Assembly (NCBI GenBank): GCA_963785235.1
Contig: CAWAUM010000001.1
Span: forward strand, 128,001 to 192,000
Source of the DNA: an uncultured delta proteobacterium
Lineage (GTDB): Bacteria > Desulfobacterota > Desulfomonilia > UBA1062
Direction of reading: 5' to 3'
Length of the DNA: 64,000 nt
Shown: positions 1-8,964 of the stretch, piece after piece
Layout: each line of letters starts with the position of its first letter
Position numbering within the stretch: position 1 is the stretch's first letter
Notes under the pieces: model-generated
Databases searched by the model: none
Told to the model about the DNA's origin: nothing
The model's input: the letters and a program-made list of their open reading frames with translations, nothing else
Position numbers and translations under genes: made by a program

Positions 1-399
1 TTTCCTGCTGGATGGCGAATAGTTAATCTCCTGAAGGGTTGTGCCATCCTGGCTGAAATAGAACTCAAGCTCGCTGCCCGGCCGCATCCTGGTAAGCTTG
101 TAGACTCGGGATGCCTTTTTCGAGATGTACAGGGCATCTTTCCTTGATACCCCGGTCTTCACCAGGATGTCACAGAATACATCGCCTTGCTGAATTGCAT
201 ATGCCTTCATGGGTTTTGCTAATGGGGCAGGGGGCAGTTTATGTGAAAGCTGTTCTTTTACCAGTCCGTTCCCGGTTGGCGAAGAAGTTATGCCGGTGCT
301 GGCGTATAGTACGCAAGGTAGGAAGATTTGCCCCAGGAAACCTGCTATGCATGCAAATAAGAAGCTCCGCACGCAGAACAATTTTATGTCTTTGTTCAT
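1..399 (-). CDS. N-terminal part (runs off the window) of a membrane-anchored/secreted protein with a LysM/OapA-like domain, resembling M23 peptidase N-termini
   Basis: Manual translation from ATG at 399 with GGAGG at 409-413: MNKDIKLFCVRSFLFACIAGFLGQIFLPC...YAIQQGDVFCDILVKTGVSRKDA...YKLTRMRPGSELEFYF, open to base 1. Family is inferred from motif resemblance only. Confidence 0.6.
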   Translation of the reverse strand, partial: MNKDIKLFCVRSFLFACIAGFLGQIFLPCVLYASTGITSSPTGNGLVKEQLSHKLPPAPLAKPMKAYAIQQGDVFCDILVKTGVSRKDALYISKKASRVYKLTRMRPGSELEFYFSQDGTTLQEINYSPSSRK

Positions 400-555
400 G
401 GGATGGAACCTCCCCGTAGAAATTCCTGATAAATATATCAGGCTCAATAACATTAACAAGGGCTATACTATGGAGAGGAGAGAAATGCAAGTTCAGTTAA
501 TAACTAATAATATCATTAGGATATCTAGAATATATGCATTCTCATATTGGTAAGA

Positions 556-831
556 TTAAACCAAGTCGCTGCCGGCTGGTGGCAATTCGTTAGCAGGCTT
601 GGTGAAGTCGCCTTTGCGCTTGTCTCTGTCGCGCTTCCGCTCCTGGCAGAGGAAAAGCAGTGCAGCGGCGTTGGCCTTTACATGGGCAAACAGGCTTTCC
701 GGGCCTGTGTATTTGTTATGGTGCTCAAGATTATATTCAAGATCCTTGATGGCCTTGGCCAGGGCCGCCTCATGCATACTGTGCTTTTTCTGTACCAGGA
801 TCTTTTTGGCTTGTGCTTCAAATTCATCCAT
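556..831 (-). CDS. hypothetical protein (91 aa)
   Basis: ORF with an AAAGGAGG RBS just upstream, co-oriented with neighbours; no family recognised. Confidence 0.65.
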   Translation of the reverse strand: MDEFEAQAKKILVQKKHSMHEAALAKAIKDLEYNLEHHNKYTGPESLFAHVKANAAALLFLCQERKRDRDKRKGDFTKPANELPPAGSDLV

Positions 832-875
832 GTCAATCCTCCTTTGTTTTTGAATATCGGCAAGGTATGGCCCGG

Positions 876-1217
876 TCAGTTTTTAGGCAGAGTGTTCTTC
901 TCCGTCTTTTCTATCTTCTCGATCTTCTCGGTCTTATCGTTCTTATCAGACTTGTCAACCTTCTCATCAACCGACCACTTGAATTCGGATACCTCGACCT
1001 TCTTCTTGGTTTCTATGCGCTTCACCTGTACCGGCTTGAGGATTATTTCATAGAGCTTGCCTTCGCCCGAGTAATTATCCAAGGCATCTTTTAAGGACTG
1101 ATAGATCTCGATCTTCTGGCTGCCGAACATGGTGTCCTTTATAATTGCAAATTCTTTTGCTGATGCCGCGCTTGTGATGATAAGAACGGCCACGCAAAGC
1201 ATGAATATTTTTCTCAT
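876..1217 (-). CDS. secreted hypothetical protein with a low-complexity (D/E)K-x repeat tail
   Basis: Signal peptide MRKIFMLCVAVLIITSAASA; C-terminal DEKVDKSDKNDKTEKIEKIEKTEK. Confidence 0.7.
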   Translation of the reverse strand: MRKIFMLCVAVLIITSAASAKEFAIIKDTMFGSQKIEIYQSLKDALDNYSGEGKLYEIILKPVQVKRIETKKKVEVSEFKWSVDEKVDKSDKNDKTEKIEKIEKTEKNTLPKN

Positions 1218-1326
1218 AGCCTATCCCCCTTCATCCTATGTTTTTGTCCGGCATTTTCATAGATATGTCAATCGGAACATGGACATAATGGGTAAAGCCC
1301 GTTCTCTTTATCCCAGATCTTGCGGT

Positions 1327-1395
1327 TAAGAGGTGTAAAAAACTGATCCGTTCAAAATCTGGGTTTAATAAACATATGAGGTTATGCAGAGGTCT
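1327..1395 (-). repeat. degenerate, hairpin-less relative of the dispersed hairpin element
   Basis: Minus strand reads AGACCTCTGCATAACCTCA...AAACCCAGATTTTGAACGGATCAGTTTTTT, resembling the TIR-like end (GACCATTGCACAACCTCA) and the TTTGAACAGGTCAGGTTTTTT right flank of the other copies. Confidence 0.4.
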
Positions 1396-1403
1396 AATTT
1401 TTT

Positions 1404-2546
1404 TTAAAGCCTGATGCCCAGGGTCTCTTTATATTTTTCAAAACACATCCGTTCTACGGAAGAGAGCCTTTCAAAGGCCTTGGAAAAAGAGGTTGCAGAG
1501 CTTGCAAAGACCCCGTGGCCGTGGACAATGGCTGCATGGTCCGCCTGCATGGCCTGCGGCAATGTGTGTACGAGCCCGTGTCTGCCGGCGCCGACCTCGC
1601 CGGCCACCACGGGCACATGGCCGATGGTTCTCGTATGGCCGAACTGCAAGGGCCCGCCCGCCATGGACATGATCACCGAGAATCGGGGATGGCCGTGCAG
1701 GATCACCCTGTCGCCTGTGAGTTCATATATCTTAACATGGGCCCACAGCTCGGATGATGAAGTGATCTCGCACGTGGAGGAGCCATCCAGGGGCACACAG
1801 TCTATGCGTCCCGGGAGTTCGTCCAGGGAGGAACCCGTCTGGGAGATGTATATGAGCGCGTCTTTCCTGAATGAGATGTTGCCGAAAAAGGAATCCACCA
1901 GCCCTGCTGCTACGGTTGCCTTGCCTGTCTCATCCATGTTCTTGATGATGCCGGCTTCGTCTATGGGAGGGGTTACCGAAAGAGGGTTTGAGAAAGCAGG
2001 AGGTGCGAGCTGTAAAAGGAACCGCTGGCAGGCATCGATCTGCGGTACTGATGGTGGCGCATTTCCTTCAAGGCCTTGCAGGCCCAATAAAATGTCGGTA
2101 AAGAATTTGACAAAGCAGGCAAAACATATGGAGCTCACAACGACAAAGGCCTGCTCAAGTGACACTGTGCCTGTGGTAATGATACCCAGGTCTTTGACGA
2201 TGCACCCCTTCCGGGAATTCAGGGCACAGGCAACGAGGCCCGGATCAAACGATTCGACCACCGGGATATCATGGATAAAGGTGAGGCTCTCGGTGTCCTT
2301 AGGGGAGATGAGGCCCGGGTTTGCCAGGGCCAGTTCGCTGATGATCGCCCACCTGAGTGGATCGGGTCTTGCTATGAGCAGGCTGTTAATAGCGAGATCA
2401 TCGAATAGTGCCCTGACCTCTTCAGGTATCCTGTCGTTGTTGGTGTAAATCTCATCATCCAGGCCATAGAGCTGCGCATCGGCCGGGGAAGTTATGAGGC
2501 CGTGGTCCAGCAATTTCTTAAGATATTTGTTCACCTGATTCTGCAT
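1404..2546 (-). CDS. class II aldolase/adducin family protein with two tandem domains
   Basis: C-terminal domain has FFGNIS, SSELWAH, ILHGHP and HGHG motifs; N-terminal domain looks like a degenerate copy. Start placed at MQNQ (2546), overlapping the AOR stop. Confidence 0.85.
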   Translation of the reverse strand: MQNQVNKYLKKLLDHGLITSPADAQLYGLDDEIYTNNDRIPEEVRALFDDLAINSLLIARPDPLRWAIISELALANPGLISPKDTESLTFIHDIPVVESFDPGLVACALNSRKGCIVKDLGIITTGTVSLEQAFVVVSSICFACFVKFFTDILLGLQGLEGNAPPSVPQIDACQRFLLQLAPPAFSNPLSVTPPIDEAGIIKNMDETGKATVAAGLVDSFFGNISFRKDALIYISQTGSSLDELPGRIDCVPLDGSSTCEITSSSELWAHVKIYELTGDRVILHGHPRFSVIMSMAGGPLQFGHTRTIGHVPVVAGEVGAGRHGLVHTLPQAMQADHAAIVHGHGVFASSATSFSKAFERLSSVERMCFEKYKETLGIRL

Positions 2547-4288
2547 ATGCCCAGGTCCTTCATGCGCATCTCGGTGAGTGTGCCGTCTTCGTTGCATCCA
2601 CGAATCCGGTAGTATCTGGAAAGGGCCTCATCAAAGGCCGCCCTGCTGAGGGGAAGGATATCGATGCCCGGGCCGTTCGTGCCGGGCTCTTTATAGAACC
2701 GTTCCGGGAGCATGTCGTCCTTGCGGGTGAAACCCCTTAGGGTGTTGATATGGCGTTCAAGGGTATAGATATTGTCCCCGATCCGGAGCAGGTCCTGGGT
2801 GTCGTAGGCAAGCCCGGTTACCGCAGCGAATCCCTTTGCATATTCTTCAAGAGAGGCGCCCAGGCATGCAAACTTGCAGGCACCTATGGAATCGATGACT
2901 GCATTGAGGTCCTCTGCTATTTTGATGATCCTTGCCTTGCCGGAAAATGAGAAGCGGTCTGTGGCGACAGGTTTGCAAAGGATTTCGTGTGCGATGGGGT
3001 AGGCCCGCAGGTGGCATCCGCCACGACTTGATGTGCCATAGGCCAGCGCCATGCCATAGGCCCCCCTCGGGTCATAGGCCGGCAGCTCCAGGCCTTTGAC
3101 GCTCATGGATTTCTCCGGAGCACCAAGCTCGCGGGCAAGCACGGCGGACCCCATTTTCAGGAGCCCTGAATCCTGTTGGGCGCCCAGTATGTCGCGCACC
3201 TTTTTCACGAGGCCCTCTCCGGTATAACGCTCGCCTTTTATTTCAGCCAGGCAGGCTAAGGTGGATGCCGCAGTTATGGTGTCCATGCCGGTCTCGTTGC
3301 AGATATGATTTGCTTCTATGATGGACCCGAGGTCGTCATTTTCGTTCAACGCGCCAAAGTGCGACAGGGTCTCGTACTCGGGTATCTCCCTGGCAGACTT
3401 CTGCTTGCAGGCAATGGGGCAGCCGTGGCAGGCATAGTGTTTCGGCTGTTCTCTTGATCGTATGGTCGGGCCGCTGAAGGCTTTGTAACCTTCAAAATAG
3501 GTCCTGCGGAAATTGGCCGTGGGCATCATATAACGCGATGCCATGAGGTCTACCAGGGCACTTGTGCCGTAGGTGCTGATCCCCGACCTTCCCATGATGG
3601 CAGGCGATGCATCAAAGAGCCGTAAGATGTCTTTGCGGGCAATTTCTTCTGCCTGAGGATCGTGGACTTCGGCATGTGCGCTGCCGCTACCTCGTACCGT
3701 AATGGCTCTGAGGTTTTTTGACGCCATGACCAGTCCTAACCCACCCCTGCCTGAGGCAAAACAGGAGTCCACCATGATGGAGGCATACTGGCAGCCCTTG
3801 AATGCTGCCTCCCCAACGGCTGCGGTTGAGCCCTTGAGCGGGTTTAATTGTTCGAACACGGATGACAAAGGTGTTCCGGCTGCCAAAGGGGCTTCTTCAA
3901 ATCTTGCTGTCTCATCCTCGACAAATACTACGAGCTGCCTTTGGCTGTGTCCGGTTATATGGATGATGTCAATGCCCGCTTTCTTCATCTGCCAGGCGAG
4001 CCCGCCGCCCACGGAGCAGCTGCACACCGTGTTGGTAAGGGGAGAGAAGGCAGAGATCATCATGCGGCTCGCAGAAGGGATACGCGAACCTGTGAGTGCG
4101 CCGATGGCAAAAATGAGCGGGGCATCAGCATCACATGCTTTCAGTGATGGTGTATTATTAAGAAAATAGGCGCCTATGCCCCTACCGCCCAAGTATGTCC
4201 GAGCCACGTCAGGGTCGAGCCTTTCCCTGCGGGTACCCCTTGCGGTCATGTCGATAAAGAGGCAGACAAGTGAAAATTCCTTATGCAT
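2531..4288 (-). CDS. aor: aldehyde:ferredoxin oxidoreductase (W/Mo-pterin, 4Fe-4S)
   Basis: YLGGRGIG, GRGGLG, CHGCPIAC, EYET, DTI, GGCHL, LPERFY motifs; 585 aa. Confidence 0.92.
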   Translation of the reverse strand: MHKEFSLVCLFIDMTARGTRRERLDPDVARTYLGGRGIGAYFLNNTPSLKACDADAPLIFAIGALTGSRIPSASRMMISAFSPLTNTVCSCSVGGGLAWQMKKAGIDIIHITGHSQRQLVVFVEDETARFEEAPLAAGTPLSSVFEQLNPLKGSTAAVGEAAFKGCQYASIMVDSCFASGRGGLGLVMASKNLRAITVRGSGSAHAEVHDPQAEEIARKDILRLFDASPAIMGRSGISTYGTSALVDLMASRYMMPTANFRRTYFEGYKAFSGPTIRSREQPKHYACHGCPIACKQKSAREIPEYETLSHFGALNENDDLGSIIEANHICNETGMDTITAASTLACLAEIKGERYTGEGLVKKVRDILGAQQDSGLLKMGSAVLARELGAPEKSMSVKGLELPAYDPRGAYGMALAYGTSSRGGCHLRAYPIAHEILCKPVATDRFSFSGKARIIKIAEDLNAVIDSIGACKFACLGASLEEYAKGFAAVTGLAYDTQDLLRIGDNIYTLERHINTLRGFTRKDDMLPERFYKEPGTNGPGIDILPLSRAAFDEALSRYYRIRGCNEDGTLTEMRMKDLGICRIR

Positions 4289-4470
4289 AGGTGCCTACTG
4301 TAATGCAATCTTCCCTCAAGCTCAACTTAGAATGAGCCATGGAATATAAGCATATAATCACGGATTGATATCCAGAAAAGGTACCCGTCCGACTTGCCGA
4401 CATGAGTTGCCATGGCCTGGTAAGTGTGATAATGCTTGTAAGCTACTAGTAATAAGGAGGACAAATAACC

Positions 4471-4665
4471 ATGATTAGCACAACGCATCTTCTCATCTTG
4501 CTGGTTATCGTACTTGTTATCTTTGGCGCCGGCAAACTGCCCGAGGTGGGAGCGGCCCTGGGGAAGGGGATCAAGAACTTCAAATCCGCTGTGGATGAAA
4601 CCCCTTCGAGCAAGGAAGCGAAAGGCGATATCGAGGACAAGAATAAAGGGCAGAAGGCAGACTGA
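4471..4665 (+). CDS. tatA: twin-arginine translocase subunit TatA/E
   Basis: [42 protein letters not shown]. Confidence 0.95.
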   Translation: MISTTHLLILLVIVLVIFGAGKLPEVGAALGKGIKNFKSAVDETPSSKEAKGDIEDKNKGQKAD

Positions 4666-4825
4666 CTCCTCCGGTTGGTTCATCCCACCCGAAGTATCTC
4701 TACGGCATCCCACAAGTCTGATCCGGCCAAGCACCGGTCCTTACCTATTCCTATCAGATTTCTTCCATTCGGCAAGCAGCAGCCAAAGGTATGTGCTTTT
4801 ATATCTTTAGATCCTTCAGGCAATT

Positions 4826-6115
4826 CTAAAGGCTGCGGTTGTCGATGACGCGGACGGCCTTGCCCTGGGCCACCGGTATCCCGCCCGGCTCGCACAGGAT
4901 GACATCGGGTGTAATGAGGATCTCGTCTCTCAGCTCCCTGGTGATTCTCTTCCTGAGCGAATCCAGTGTCTTGAAGTCATGGATGGACAGATTGGAGTCT
5001 ATTTCCGCCCTGACGATCATATGGTCATTGTGCCCTTTGGATTCAAGGGTGATCTGGTAGTTCCTGCCTACTCCGGCGATACCGATGAGCACGGCCTCGA
5101 CCTGCATGGGGAAGATGTTGACCCCCTTGAGGATAAGCATATCGTCGCTCCTGCCCGTTATCCTGGTTATCCTGGAGTGAGTCCTCCCGCAGGCACACGG
5201 GCCTTCAATGATAGAGGTGAGGTCCTTGGTGCGGTAGCGGATGATGGGCATGGACTCCCTCTGCAGCGTCGTGATCACCAGCTCGCCCATTTCGCCCGGG
5301 GCAACGCTCTCAAGCGTGTCGGGGTTGATGATCTCCACCAGATAGGCATCCTCCCAGATGTGCTGGCCGTTTTTTTCCGGGCATTCAAAGGCAACACCCG
5401 GGCCGTTCATCTCGGAAAGGCCGTATGAGTTGAATGCATCGATGCCGAAGAATTCCTCCACCTTCTTCCTGGTTGCCTCGGTATGGGGCTCTGCTCCCAG
5501 GAATGCGTATTTCAGTGCAGGGAATTCTTTTTTTGGATCTATTCCCATGGCCTCGATCTCGTCTGCCAGATGCAGTGCGTAGCTCGGGATTACATGGATG
5601 GCGCTCGTGCCGAAGTCCTTCATGAATTTGAGCTGGCGTTTGGTGTTGCCGGGCCCGGAGGGGATGGTGAGACAACCGATACGCTCTGCGCCGTAATGCA
5701 GGCCCAGGCCTCCCGTAAACAGCCCGTAACCGATCATGTTCTGGAATACATCATGCTTTCTCAGCCCGGCCATGAAGAGGCAACGTGCTACAAGCCCGGT
5801 CCAGCGCTCGATGTCCTTCATGGAGTGATAGACAACAGTCGGAGTCCCTGTTGTGCCTGATGATGAATGAAGACGGACCACCTTATCCAGTGAGGTGCAG
5901 ACCATGCCGTATGGATACGCGGCACGCAGATCGTCCTTGGTGGTGAAAGGAAGCTTCCTGATGTCCGATAGATCGGATATGGTAAAGTCCTTGAGCCCAA
6001 GGGCTTTGTAGAAGGGCGACTTGGATGCTCGCTTCACGGTCTTTTTCAACTGTTTGAGCTGGAGTTCACCAAGCTGGTCTCTTGAGATGCATTCATTTTT
6101 TTTGTCCCAGTACAT
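4826..6115 (-). CDS. paaK: phenylacetate-CoA ligase family protein
   Basis: LPFTTKDDLR, HSSSGTTG, GYGLFTGGLG, YGLSE, RYRTKD, GRSDDM. Confidence 0.92.
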   Translation of the reverse strand: MYWDKKNECISRDQLGELQLKQLKKTVKRASKSPFYKALGLKDFTISDLSDIRKLPFTTKDDLRAAYPYGMVCTSLDKVVRLHSSSGTTGTPTVVYHSMKDIERWTGLVARCLFMAGLRKHDVFQNMIGYGLFTGGLGLHYGAERIGCLTIPSGPGNTKRQLKFMKDFGTSAIHVIPSYALHLADEIEAMGIDPKKEFPALKYAFLGAEPHTEATRKKVEEFFGIDAFNSYGLSEMNGPGVAFECPEKNGQHIWEDAYLVEIINPDTLESVAPGEMGELVITTLQRESMPIIRYRTKDLTSIIEGPCACGRTHSRITRITGRSDDMLILKGVNIFPMQVEAVLIGIAGVGRNYQITLESKGHNDHMIVRAEIDSNLSIHDFKTLDSLRKRITRELRDEILITPDVILCEPGGIPVAQGKAVRVIDNRSL

Positions 6116-6197
6116 GAGGGTTCCCCTTTGCGTTTATCTTATTAATCCTGACCAAGAGCTACCATTAACGCATGCAGGCTGTCAAATGACTGCAGGG

Positions 6198-6336
6198 GAC
6201 CATTGCACAACCTCAAAAATAATTTTGAGATGCAAACCAAAAATTGGCCTGTTCAAAACATGCGTCTCGGTTTCACCGAGACGCATGTTTTGAACAGGTA
6301 AGGTTTTTTCTTCCGACAACAAAGTGTTAGGAGGAG
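6198..6336 (+). repeat. dispersed hairpin element (MITE/REP-like), copy 1
   Basis: GACCATTGCACAACCT...TTTGAGATGCAAACCAAAAATTGG, then perfect stem CCTGTTCAAAACATGCGTCTCGG (6248-6270) with its complement at 6276-6298, loop TTTCA, then TAAGGTTTTTTC. Confidence 0.9.
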
Positions 6337-6392
6337 TTAGGGAGTATTTGTAGAACGTCAACCGTCCCAGCTACTAAGGGAGTATATACAAG

Positions 6393-6449
6393 AAACGCTG
6401 CCGTCTCCTTATCCATCAAGTATCCGGATCGTGGAATACGGCAGCGTTT
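6393..6449 (-). terminator. long stem-loop just downstream of secG, probable terminator
   Basis: AAACGCTGCCGT (6393-6404) pairs with ACGGCAGCGTTT (6438-6449); T-rich tail on the minus strand. Confidence 0.5.
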
Positions 6450-6454
6450 ACGTG

Positions 6455-6844
6455 CTATTTCGTAGCAGGTGCAGGTGCCTGGGGTGGGGCAGCAGGTGCT
6501 GCAGGGATCACCGCATTGTTGGCCGGTGCTTTTGAAGCCGGTGCGGCACCAGGCGCAACAGGCATTGTCTGGCCGACAGGGGCAGGCCTGGAAGTCATGA
6601 CGCTCTTGGAGGGCCTATGGAGTGCGAAAAATCCTAAGGTGAACGAGGTGAGCATGAATACCACCACCAAGACGCGTGTGGCCTTATTCATGAAGTCTAC
6701 CGGGCCGGAGCTGCCGAATAAGGCCTGGCCGCCGGCCCCTCCGAAAACCGCGCCGATGTCGGCGCCTTTGCCGGCCTGCAGAAGCACGGCCACTATCAGA
6801 CAGATACATGCGAAAACGTGGATTGTTATGAGAAGTGCATACAT
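6455..6844 (-). CDS. secG: preprotein translocase subunit SecG
   Basis: VLLQAGKGADIGAVFGGAGGQALFGSSG, two TM segments, follows tpiA. Confidence 0.95.
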   Translation of the reverse strand: MYALLITIHVFACICLIVAVLLQAGKGADIGAVFGGAGGQALFGSSGPVDFMNKATRVLVVVFMLTSFTLGFFALHRPSKSVMTSRPAPVGQTMPVAPGAAPASKAPANNAVIPAAPAAPPQAPAPATK

Positions 6845-6848
6845 TTTT

Positions 6849-7604
6849 TTACCCTCTATATCGAATTATTCTCTCGAACGAAGTCACATCGAGGCTTGCG
6901 CCCCCTACGAGTGCCCCGTCGATATCTGCTTGAGCCATGAGTACATCAATGTTGTCCGGCTTCACGCTCCCACCGTACAGGATGCGTATTGCGCCTGCAA
7001 TCTCAGGGCCGAAAAGGTCTTTCACCTGTGAGCGTATGAATCCATGGACCTCCTGGGCGATCTCGGGTGTGGCCGTCTTTCCGGTGCCAATGGCCCAGAC
7101 CGGCTCATAGGCGATCACCAGTTGTGCTGCCTGTGTGGTTGAGATATTCTTGAGACCGTTTTTCATCTGGTTACCGATCACGTCCAGTGTTTTGCCGGCC
7201 TCTCGTTCAACCAGGGTCTCGCCCACGCAGACAATAGGAGTGATTCCTGCCTTGAGGCAGGCATTCAGACGCTTGTTGACTGTCTCGTCGGTCTCTGAGA
7301 AATACTGCCTGCGTTCGGAATGACCGATAATGGCAAAACGTGCGCCTGTACTCTTGACCATGGGGGCGCTCACCTCGCCGGTAAAGGCACCCTGATCCTC
7401 CCAGAATATATTCTGTGCCCCCACAAACACAGGTGAACCCGCCAGTGCCTGGATAAGGGGATAGAGGTAAAGGTCCGGAGGGCAGACAAGGATTTCCCTG
7501 TCCGATACGTCCTTAACCTTTAGCGCCAGCTCTTTTGCAAAAAGAACCGCATCTTCCAGCGTCTTGAACATCTTCCAGTTGCCTGCAATGAGAGCTTTTC
7601 TCAT
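6849..7604 (-). CDS. tpiA: triosephosphate isomerase
   Basis: AGNWKM, IIGHSERR, AYEPVWAIGTG, YGGSV, LVGGASL. Confidence 0.98.
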   Translation of the reverse strand: MRKALIAGNWKMFKTLEDAVLFAKELALKVKDVSDREILVCPPDLYLYPLIQALAGSPVFVGAQNIFWEDQGAFTGEVSAPMVKSTGARFAIIGHSERRQYFSETDETVNKRLNACLKAGITPIVCVGETLVEREAGKTLDVIGNQMKNGLKNISTTQAAQLVIAYEPVWAIGTGKTATPEIAQEVHGFIRSQVKDLFGPEIAGAIRILYGGSVKPDNIDVLMAQADIDGALVGGASLDVTSFERIIRYRG

Positions 7605-7612
7605 AAGTTCTC

Positions 7613-8797
7613 CTACTTATCCAGAACAGCTACACCGGGAAGCACCCTGCCGCCGAGCATCTCGAGGAAGGCGCCGCCTGCCGTGGACACGAAGCTTACC
7701 TTGTCCGTGAGCCCACTCTTGTGGAGTGCAGCATCTGTATCACCACCGCCCACAATGGTCAAGCCCTTGGATAAGGCCATGTCCTTGGCGATAGCCAGCG
7801 TCCCTGCCGCAAATGCATTTATTTCGAACACACCCATGGGACCGTTCCAGACAATTGTTCCGCACCCGAAGAGGGCCTCGGAGAAAAGGGCTATACTTGC
7901 AGGCCCGAGGTCAAGCCCCATGAGGTTCTCCGGCATTTCCTGGATGGTCGCACATGATGTAGCCTGGCCTTCCTTGGGTTCGGCAGCGCAAAGTGCGTCC
8001 ACCGGCAGGTAGAGTTTTACACCCCTGGCCTTGGCCTTTTCCAGAATGGACCGGGCTGTATCCAGGAGATCCTCTTCCACTATTGACTTGCCGATCCCCT
8101 GGCCCAGTGCCTTCACAAAGGTGAAGGCCATGCCGCCGCCGATAAGGATTTTATCCGCCTTGCCCAGGAGGTTTTCCACCAGTTCGAGCTTATCCGAGAC
8201 CTTGGAGCCGCCCAACACGGCTGCAAATGGCCGCTGTGGAGACAAAAGGGCCTTGTTGATATATTCCACCTCTTTTAAAAGAAGGAAGCCGGCAGCCGTG
8301 TCTTTGATATATGCGCACACGCCCACGTTGGATGCATGCGCACGGTGCGCAGTAGCAAAGGCGTCATTTACAAAACAATCACCTAACGAGGCCAGTTCCT
8401 TGGCGAAATCGGGGTTGTTCTTTTCCTCTTCCAGATGGAAGCGCAGGTTTTCCAACAGGAGGACCTCGCCGGGCTTCAGGGAGTTCACCATGGACTTTAC
8501 CGTGTCACCGATACAGTCAGGCGCCATGTTCACGCTGGTACCGAGCAGTTCGGAGAGCCTCCTGGCCACAGGGATGAGGCTTTTTTTCTTGTCCACCTTG
8601 CCCTTGGGCCTGCCCAGGTGTGACATGAGTATGACCTTCGCCCCCTGGCTGATGGCATACTGAATTGTGGAAAGGGCCCCTTTGATGCGGGCATCATCGG
8701 TGATGTTGATGTTTTCGTCGAGCGGCACATTAAAGTCAACCCTGATCAACACCCGTTTCTGCTTCAGGTCCAGGTCTTTAATGGACTTTATACCCAT
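7613..8797 (-). CDS. pgk: phosphoglycerate kinase
   Basis: RVDFNVP, SHLGRP, LENLRF, WNGPMGVFE, GGGDT. Confidence 0.98.
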   Translation of the reverse strand: MGIKSIKDLDLKQKRVLIRVDFNVPLDENINITDDARIKGALSTIQYAISQGAKVILMSHLGRPKGKVDKKKSLIPVARRLSELLGTSVNMAPDCIGDTVKSMVNSLKPGEVLLLENLRFHLEEEKNNPDFAKELASLGDCFVNDAFATAHRAHASNVGVCAYIKDTAAGFLLLKEVEYINKALLSPQRPFAAVLGGSKVSDKLELVENLLGKADKILIGGGMAFTFVKALGQGIGKSIVEEDLLDTARSILEKAKARGVKLYLPVDALCAAEPKEGQATSCATIQEMPENLMGLDLGPASIALFSEALFGCGTIVWNGPMGVFEINAFAAGTLAIAKDMALSKGLTIVGGGDTDAALHKSGLTDKVSFVSTAGGAFLEMLGGRVLPGVAVLDK

Positions 8798-8964
8798 TTT
8801 ATTTCCTCCTTATAGTATATGGCCTGCGCCATGGCGGCGCTTGATTGCATGAAAAAGAAATGATCCTTTATGGGAAAAATAACAGTATGTCAAGAATGAC
8901 CCCTTTACAAACCATTAAACATCCCAGTACATACCACAAGAGGGCAATTTTGTCATGAACGAAC

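Noticed and set aside
1414-2448. Long antisense ORFs (1414-2448 +, also 19558-20409 +, 36462-37178 +, 56979-58451 -)
   Set aside because: They lie opposite well-supported genes and have no recognisable motifs; expected shadows of GC-rich codon usage.
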